Positions 7,979-13,568 of a stretch of DNA of 13,568 nucleotides are shown one piece after another (within the stretch, counting starts at the first letter, position 1; each line of letters begins with the position of its first letter). A program made the translations under genes and the position numbers. The notes under the pieces are model-generated. The model did not search any database. It saw only the letters and a program-made list of their open reading frames with translations, and had not been told where the DNA came from. This DNA is from Oikopleura dioica (taxonomy: Eukaryota > Animalia > Chordata): contig CAJRAX010000003.1 of the NCBI GenBank assembly GCA_907165135.1, forward strand, positions 1 to 13,568, in the 5' to 3' direction.

Positions 7979-10430
7979 GGGTTAGGGTTAGGGTTAGGGT
8001 TAGGGTTAGGGTTAGGGTTAGGGTTAGGGTTAGGTTAGGGTTAGGGTTAGGGTTAGGGTTAGGGTTAGGGTTAGGGTTAGGGTTAGGTTAGGGTTAGGGT
8101 TAGGGTTAGGGTTAGGGTTAGGGTTAGGTTAGGGTTAGGGTTAGGGTTGGTTAGGGTTAGGGTTAGGGTTAGGGGTTAGGGTTAGGGTTAGGGTTAGGGT
8201 TAGGGTTAGGGTTAGGGTTAGGGTTAGGGTTAGGGTTAGGGTTAGGGTTAGGGTTAGGGTTAGGGTTAGGGTTAGGGTTAGGGGTTAGGTTAGGGTTAGG
8301 GTTAGGGTTAGGGTTAGGGTTAGGGTTAGGGTTAGGGTTAGGGTTAGGGTTAGGGTTAGGGTTAGGGTTAGGGTTAGGGTTAGGTTAGGGTTAGGGTTAG
8401 GGTTAGGGTTAGGGTTAGGTTTGGTTTGGTTTGGTTTGGTTTGGTTTGGTTTGGTTTGGTTTGGTTTGGTTTGGTTTGGTTTGGTTTGGTTTGGTTTGGT
8501 TTGGTTTGGTTTGGTTTGGTTTGGGGTTAGGGTTAGGTTAGGGTTAGGGTTAGGGTTAGGGTTAGGGTTAGGGTTAGGGTTAGGGTTAGGGTTAGGGTTA
8601 GGTTAGGGTTAGGGTTAGGGTTAGGGTTAGGGTTAGGGTTAGGGTTAGGGTTAGGGTTAGGGTTAGGGTTAGGGTTAGGGTTAGGGTTAGGTTAGGGTTA
8701 GGGTTAGGGTTAGGGTTAGGGTTAGGGTTAGGGGTTAGGTTAGGTTAGGGTTAGGGTTAGGGTTAGGGTTAGGGTTAGGGTTAGGGGTTAGGGTTAGGGT
8801 TAGGGTTAGGGTTAGGTTAGGGTTAGGTTAGGGTTAGGGTTAGGTTAGGGTTAGGGTTAGGGTTAGGGTTAGGGTTAGGGTTAGGGTTAGGGTTAGGGTT
8901 GGGTTAGGGTTAGGGTTAGGGTTAGGGTTAGGGTTAGGGTTAGGGTTAGGGTTAGGTTAGGGTTAGGGTTAGGTTAGGGTTAGGTTAGGGTTAGGGTTAG
9001 GGTTAGGGTTAGGTTAGGTTAGGGTTAGGGTTAGGTTAGGGTTAGGGTTAGGGTTAGGGTTAGGTTAGGGTTAGGGTTAGGGTTAGGGTTAGGGTTAGGG
9101 TTAGGGTTAGGGTTAGGGTTAGGGTTAGGGTTAGGGTTAGGGTTAGGGTTAGGGTTAGGGTTAGGGTTAGGGTTAGGGTTAGGGTTAGGGTTAGGGTTAG
9201 GGTTGGGTTAGGGTTAGGGTTAGGGTTAGGGTTAGGGTTAGGGTTAGGGTTAGGGTTAGGGTTAGGGTTAGGGTTAGGGTTAGGGTTAGGTTAGGGTTAG
9301 GGTTAGGGTTAGGGTTAGGGTTAGGGTTAGGTTAGGTTAGGGTTAGGTTAGGGTTAGGGTTAGGGTTAGGGTTAGGGTTAGGGTTAGGGTTAGGGTTAGG
9401 GTTAGGGTTAGGGTTAGGGTTAGGGTTAGGGTTAGGGTTAGGGTTAGGGTTAGGTTAGGTTAGGTTAGGGTTAGGGTTAGGTTAGGGTTAGGGTTAGGGT
9501 TAGGGTTAGGGTTAGGGTTAGGTTAGGGTTAGGGTTAGGGTTAGGGTTAGGGTTAGGGTTAGGGTTAGGTTAGGTTAGGGTTAGGGTTAGGGTTAGGGTT
9601 AGGGTTAGGGGTTAGGTTAGGGTTAGGGTTAGGCCAGGTTAGGTTAGGGTTAGGGTTAGGGTTAGGGTTAGGGTTAGGTTAGGGTTAGGTTAGGGTTAGG
9701 GTTAGGGTTAGGGTTAGGGTTAGGGTTAGGTTAGGGTTAGGGTTAGGGTTAGGGTTAGGGTTAGGGTTAGGGTTAGGGTTAGGGTTAGGGTTAGGGTTAG
9801 GGTTAGGGTTAGGGTTAGGGTTAGGGTTAGGGTTAGGTTAGGGTTAGGGTTAGGGTTAGGGTTAGGGTTAGGGTTAGGGTTAGGTTAGGGTTAGGTTAGG
9901 GTTAGGTTAGGGTTAGGTTAGGTTAGGGTTAGGGTTAGGGTTAGGGTTAGGGTTAGGGTTAGGTTAGGGTTAGGGTTAGGGTTAGGGTTAGGGTTAGGGT
10001 TAGGGTTAGGGTTAGGTTAGGTTAGGTTAGGGTTAGGGTTAGGGTTAGGGTTAGGGTTAGGGTTAGGTTAGGGTAGGCCAGGTTAGGGTTAGGTTAGGGT
10101 TAGGGTTAGGTTAGGGTTAGGGTTAGGGTTAGGGTTAGGGTTAGGGTTAGGGTTAGGTTAGGGTTAGGGTTAGGGTTAGGGTTAGGTTAGGGTTAGGGTT
10201 AGGTTAGGTTAGGGTTAGTTAGTTAGGGTTAGGGTTAGGGTTAGGGTTAGGTTAGGTTAGGGTTAGGGTTAGGGTTAGGGTTAGGGTTAGGGTTAGGGTT
10301 AGGGTTAGGTTAGGGTTAGGTTAGGGTTAGGTTAGGGTTAGGTTAGGGTTAGGGTTAGGGTTAGGGTTAGGTTAGGGTTAGGTTAGGGTTAGGGTTAGGG
10401 TTAGGTTAGGGTTAGGTTAGGTTAGGGTTA
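7973..10430 (+). repeat. Telomeric (TTAGGG)n array with distally increasing TTAGG pentamers
   Basis: Begins AGGG TTGGG TTAGGG TTAGGG at 7973. The G-rich strand runs 5' to 3' toward the window end, as at a true chromosome terminus. The distal boundary is gradual. Confidence 0.95.
8420..8524 (+). repeat. (TTTGG)21 block inside the telomeric array
   Basis: 105 bp of uninterrupted TTTGG, flanked by TTAGG on the left and GGTTAGGG on the right. Confidence 0.9.
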
Positions 10431-13400
10431 GGGTTAGGGTTAGGTTAGGTTAGGTTTAGGTTAGGGTTAGGTTAGGTTAGGCCAGGGTTAGGGTAGGCCA
10501 GGTTAGGTTAGGTTAGGTTAGGCCAGGTTAGGCCAGGTTAGGTTAGGTTAGGTTAGGTTAGGGTTAGGTTAGGTTAGGTTAGGCCAGGTTAGGCCAGGCC
10601 AGGCCAGGCCAGGCCAGGCCAGGCCAGGCCAGGCCAGGCCAGGCCAGGCCAGGCCAGGCCAGGCCAGGCCAGGCCAGGCCAGGCCAGGCCAGGCCAGGCC
10701 AGGCCAGGCCAGGCCAGGTTAGGCCAGGCCAGGCCAGGTTAGGTTAGGTTAGGTTAGGTTAGGTTAGGCCAGGTTAGGCCAGGCCAGGGCCAGGCCAGGT
10801 TAGGCCAGGTTAGGCCAGGCCAGGCCAGGCCAGGTTAGGTTAGGTTAGGTTAGGTTAGGTTAGGTTAGGTTAGGCCAGGTTAGGTTAGGCCAGGGTTAGG
10901 TTAGGTTAGGCTAGGTTAGGTTAGGCCAGGCCAGGTTAGGCCAGGCCAGGCCAGGCCAGGCCAGGCTAGGCCAGGCCAGGCTAGGCCAGGCTAGGGTTAG
11001 GCCAGGCCAGGTTAGGCCAGGCCAGGCCAGGCCAGGCCAGGCCAGGCCAGGCCAGGCCAGGCCAGGCCAGGCCAGGCCAGGTTAGGCCAGGCCAGGTTAG
11101 GGTCAGGCCAGGCCAGGCCAGGCCAGGTTAGGCCAGGGCCAGGTTAGGCCAGGCCAGGGGCCAGGCCAGGCCAGGCCAGGTTAGGTTAGGCCAGGCCAGG
11201 CCAGGCCAGGTTAGGCTTAGGCCAGGTTAGGTTAGGTTAGGTTAGGCCAGGTTAGGTTAGGTTAGGTTAGGTTAGGTTAGGCCAGGTTAGGGTTAGGGCC
11301 AGGCCAGGCCAGGGTTAGGTTAGGCCAGGTTAGGCCAGGCCAGGTTAGGCCAGGCCAGGCCAGGCCAGGCCAGGCCAGGCCAGGCCAGGCCAGGCCAGGC
11401 CAGGCCAGGCCAGGCCAGGGCCAGGCCAGGCCAGGCCAGGCCAGGCCAGGCCAGGCCAGGCCAGGCCAGGCCAGGCCAGGCCAGGCCAGGCCAGGCCAGG
11501 CCAGGCCAGGCCAGGCCAGGCCAGGCCAGGCCAGGCCAGGCCAGGCCAGGCCAGGCCAGGCCAGGCCAGGCCAGGCCAGGCCAGGCCAGGCCAGGGCCAG
11601 GGGCCAGGCCAGGCCAGGCCAGGCCAGGCCAGGCCAGGCCAGGCCAGGCCAGGCCAGGCCAGGCCAGGCCAGGCCAGGCCAGGCCAGGCCAGGCCAGGCC
11701 AGGCCAGGCCAGGCCAGGCCAGGCCAGGCCAGGCCAGGCCAGGCCAGGCCAGGCCAGGCCAGGCCAGGCCAGGCCAGGCCAGGCCAGGCCAGGCCAGGCC
11801 AGGCCAGGCCAGGCCAGGCCAGGCCAGGCCAGGCCAGGCCAGGCCAGGCCAGGCCAGGCCAGGCCAGGCCAGGCCAGGCCAGGCCAGGCCAGGCCAGGCC
11901 AGGCCAGGCCAGGCCAGGCCAGGCCAGGCCAGGCCAGGCCAGGCCAGGCCAGGCCAGGCCAGGCCAGGCCAGGCCAGGCCAGGCCAGGCCAGGCCAGGCC
12001 AGGCCAGGCCAGGCCAGGCCAGGCCAGGCCAGGCCAGGCCAGGCCAGGCCAGGCCAGGCCAGGGGCCAGGCCAGGCCAGGCCAGGCCAGGCCAGGCCAGG
12101 CCAGGCCAGGCCAGGCCAGGCCAGGCCAGGCCAGGCCAGGCCAGGCCAGGCCAGGCCAGGCCAGGCCAGGCCAGGCCAGGCCAGGCCAGGCCAGGCCAGG
12201 CCAGGCCAGGGCCAGGCCAGGCCAGGCCAGGCCAGGCCAGGCCAGGCCAGGCCAGGCCAGGCCAGGCCAGGCCAGGCCAGGCCAGGCCAGGCCAGGCCAG
12301 GCCAGGCCAGGCCAGGCCAGGCCAGGCCAGGCCAGGCCAGGCCAGGCCAGGCCAGGCCAGGCCAGGCCAGGCCAGGCCAGGCCAGGCCAGGCCAGGCCAG
12401 GCCAGGCCAGGCCAGGCCAGGCCAGGCCAGGCCAGGCCAGGCCAGGCCAGGCCAGGCCAGGCCAGGCCAGGCCAGGCCAGGCCAGGCCAGGCCAGGCCAG
12501 GCCAGGCCAGGCCAGGCCAGGCCAGGCCAGGCCAGGCCAGGCCAGGCCAGGCCAGGCCAGGCCAGGCCAGGCCAGGCCAGGCCAGGCCAGGCCAGGCCAG
12601 GCCAGGCCAGGCCAGGCCAGGCCAGGCCAGGCCAGGCCAGGCCAGGCCAGGCCAGGCCAGGCCAGGCCAGGCCAGGCCAGGCCAGGCCAGGCCAGGCCAG
12701 GCCAGGCCAGGCCAGGCCAGGCCAGGCCAGGCCAGGCCAGGCCAGGCCAGGCCAGGCCAGGCCAGGCCAGGCCAGGCCAGGCCAGGCCAGGCCAGGCCAG
12801 GCCAGGCCAGGCCAGGCCAGGCCAGGCCAGGCCAGGCCAGGCCAGGCCAGGCCAGGCCAGGCCAGGCCAGGCCAGGCCAGGCCAGGCCAGGCCAGGCCAG
12901 GCCAGGCCAGGCCAGGCCAGGCCAGGCCAGGCCAGGCCAGGCCAGGCCAGGCCAGGCCAGGCCAGGCCAGGCCAGGCCAGGCCAGGCCAGGCCAGGCCAG
13001 GCCAGGCCAGGCCAGGCCAGGCCAGGCCAGGCCAGGCCAGGCCAGGCCAGGCCAGGCTAGGCCAGGCCAGGCCAGGCCAGGCCAGGCCAGGCCAGGCCAG
13101 GCCAGGCCAGGCCAGGCCAGGCCAGGCCAGGCCAGGCCAGGCCAGGCCAGGCCAGGCCAGGCCAGGCCAGGCCAGGCCAGGCCAGGCCAGGCCAGGCCAG
13201 GCCAGGCCAGGTTAGGCCAGGCCAGGCCAGGCCAGGCCAGGCCAGGTTAGGTTAGGCCAGGCCAGGCCAGGGCTAGGTTAGGCCAGGCCAGGCCAGGCCA
13301 GGCCAGGGGCCAGGCCAGGCCAGGCCAGGCCAGGCCAGGCCAGGCCAGGCCAGGCCAGGCCAGGCCAGGCCAGGCCAGGCCAGGCCAGGCCAGGCCAGGC

Positions 13401-13568
13401 CAGGCCAGGCCAGGCCAGGCCAGGCCAGGCCAGGCCAGGCCAGGCCAGGCTAGGCCAGGCCAGGGCCAGGTTGTTAGGCCAGGTTAGGGTTAGGTTTAGG
13501 GTTAGGGCTAGGCTTGAGCCAGGCCAGGCCAGGGGCTAGGCTAGGTTAGGTTGGGTTAGGTTGCCAGG
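10431..13568 (+). repeat. (CCAGG)n-dominated array mixed with TTAGG; probably miscalled telomere
   Basis: Isolated CCAGG at 9634 and 10078, a pure block at ~10580-10717, mixed sequence to ~11340, nearly pure to ~13200, and degenerate at the end. The confidence refers to the repeat being present in this sequence, not to its existence in vivo. Confidence 0.9.

Noticed and set aside
8421-8606. 61-aa ORF (VWFGL/GL repeats)
   Set aside because: Translation of (TTTGG)n and (TTAGGG)n with a TTG pseudo-start; there is no promoter or evidence of expression.
4283-13568. Telomere-specific non-LTR element (TRAS/SART/HeT-A/TART) or telomerase/Penelope-like RT
   Set aside because: The protease, frameshift signal and RT motifs are Ty3/gypsy-type. 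There is no endonuclease or poly(A) tail, and telomeric repeat is on one side only.
1-13568. Assignment of host species or gypsy clade
   Set aside because: TTAGGG is shared by many eukaryotic lineages, and clade placement needs an RT phylogeny that cannot be run here.

Overview
Eukaryotic chromosome-end window with three parts. (1) 1-~4282 is a ~59-bp AT-rich, CpG-containing tandem satellite with nested higher-order duplications. (2) ~4283-7978 is the 5' part of a Ty3/gypsy-type LTR retrotransposon: a ~1 kb non-coding leader or possible LTR, gag with two CCHC zinc knuckles, an A_AAA_AAC -1 frameshift signal with hairpin, an aspartic protease, a possible degenerate dUTPase-like spacer, and a reverse transcriptase (YMDD). 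(3) 7973-13568 is a G-rich-strand-outward telomeric array that starts as TTAGGG, contains a (TTTGG)21 block, drifts to TTAGG and ends as ~3 kb dominated by (CCAGG)n. The most notable observation is that the RT is cut just after its primer-grip motif at AGGGTT, a hexamer that is both the expected next two RT codons and a perfect telomere repeat, which suggests de novo telomere addition inside the element. All nine coding frameshifts are repaired by lengthening A/T runs, pointing to long-read homopolymer errors. The distal CCAGG array is more likely a basecalling artefact than biology, but this is testable. The host species cannot be identified from the sequence.
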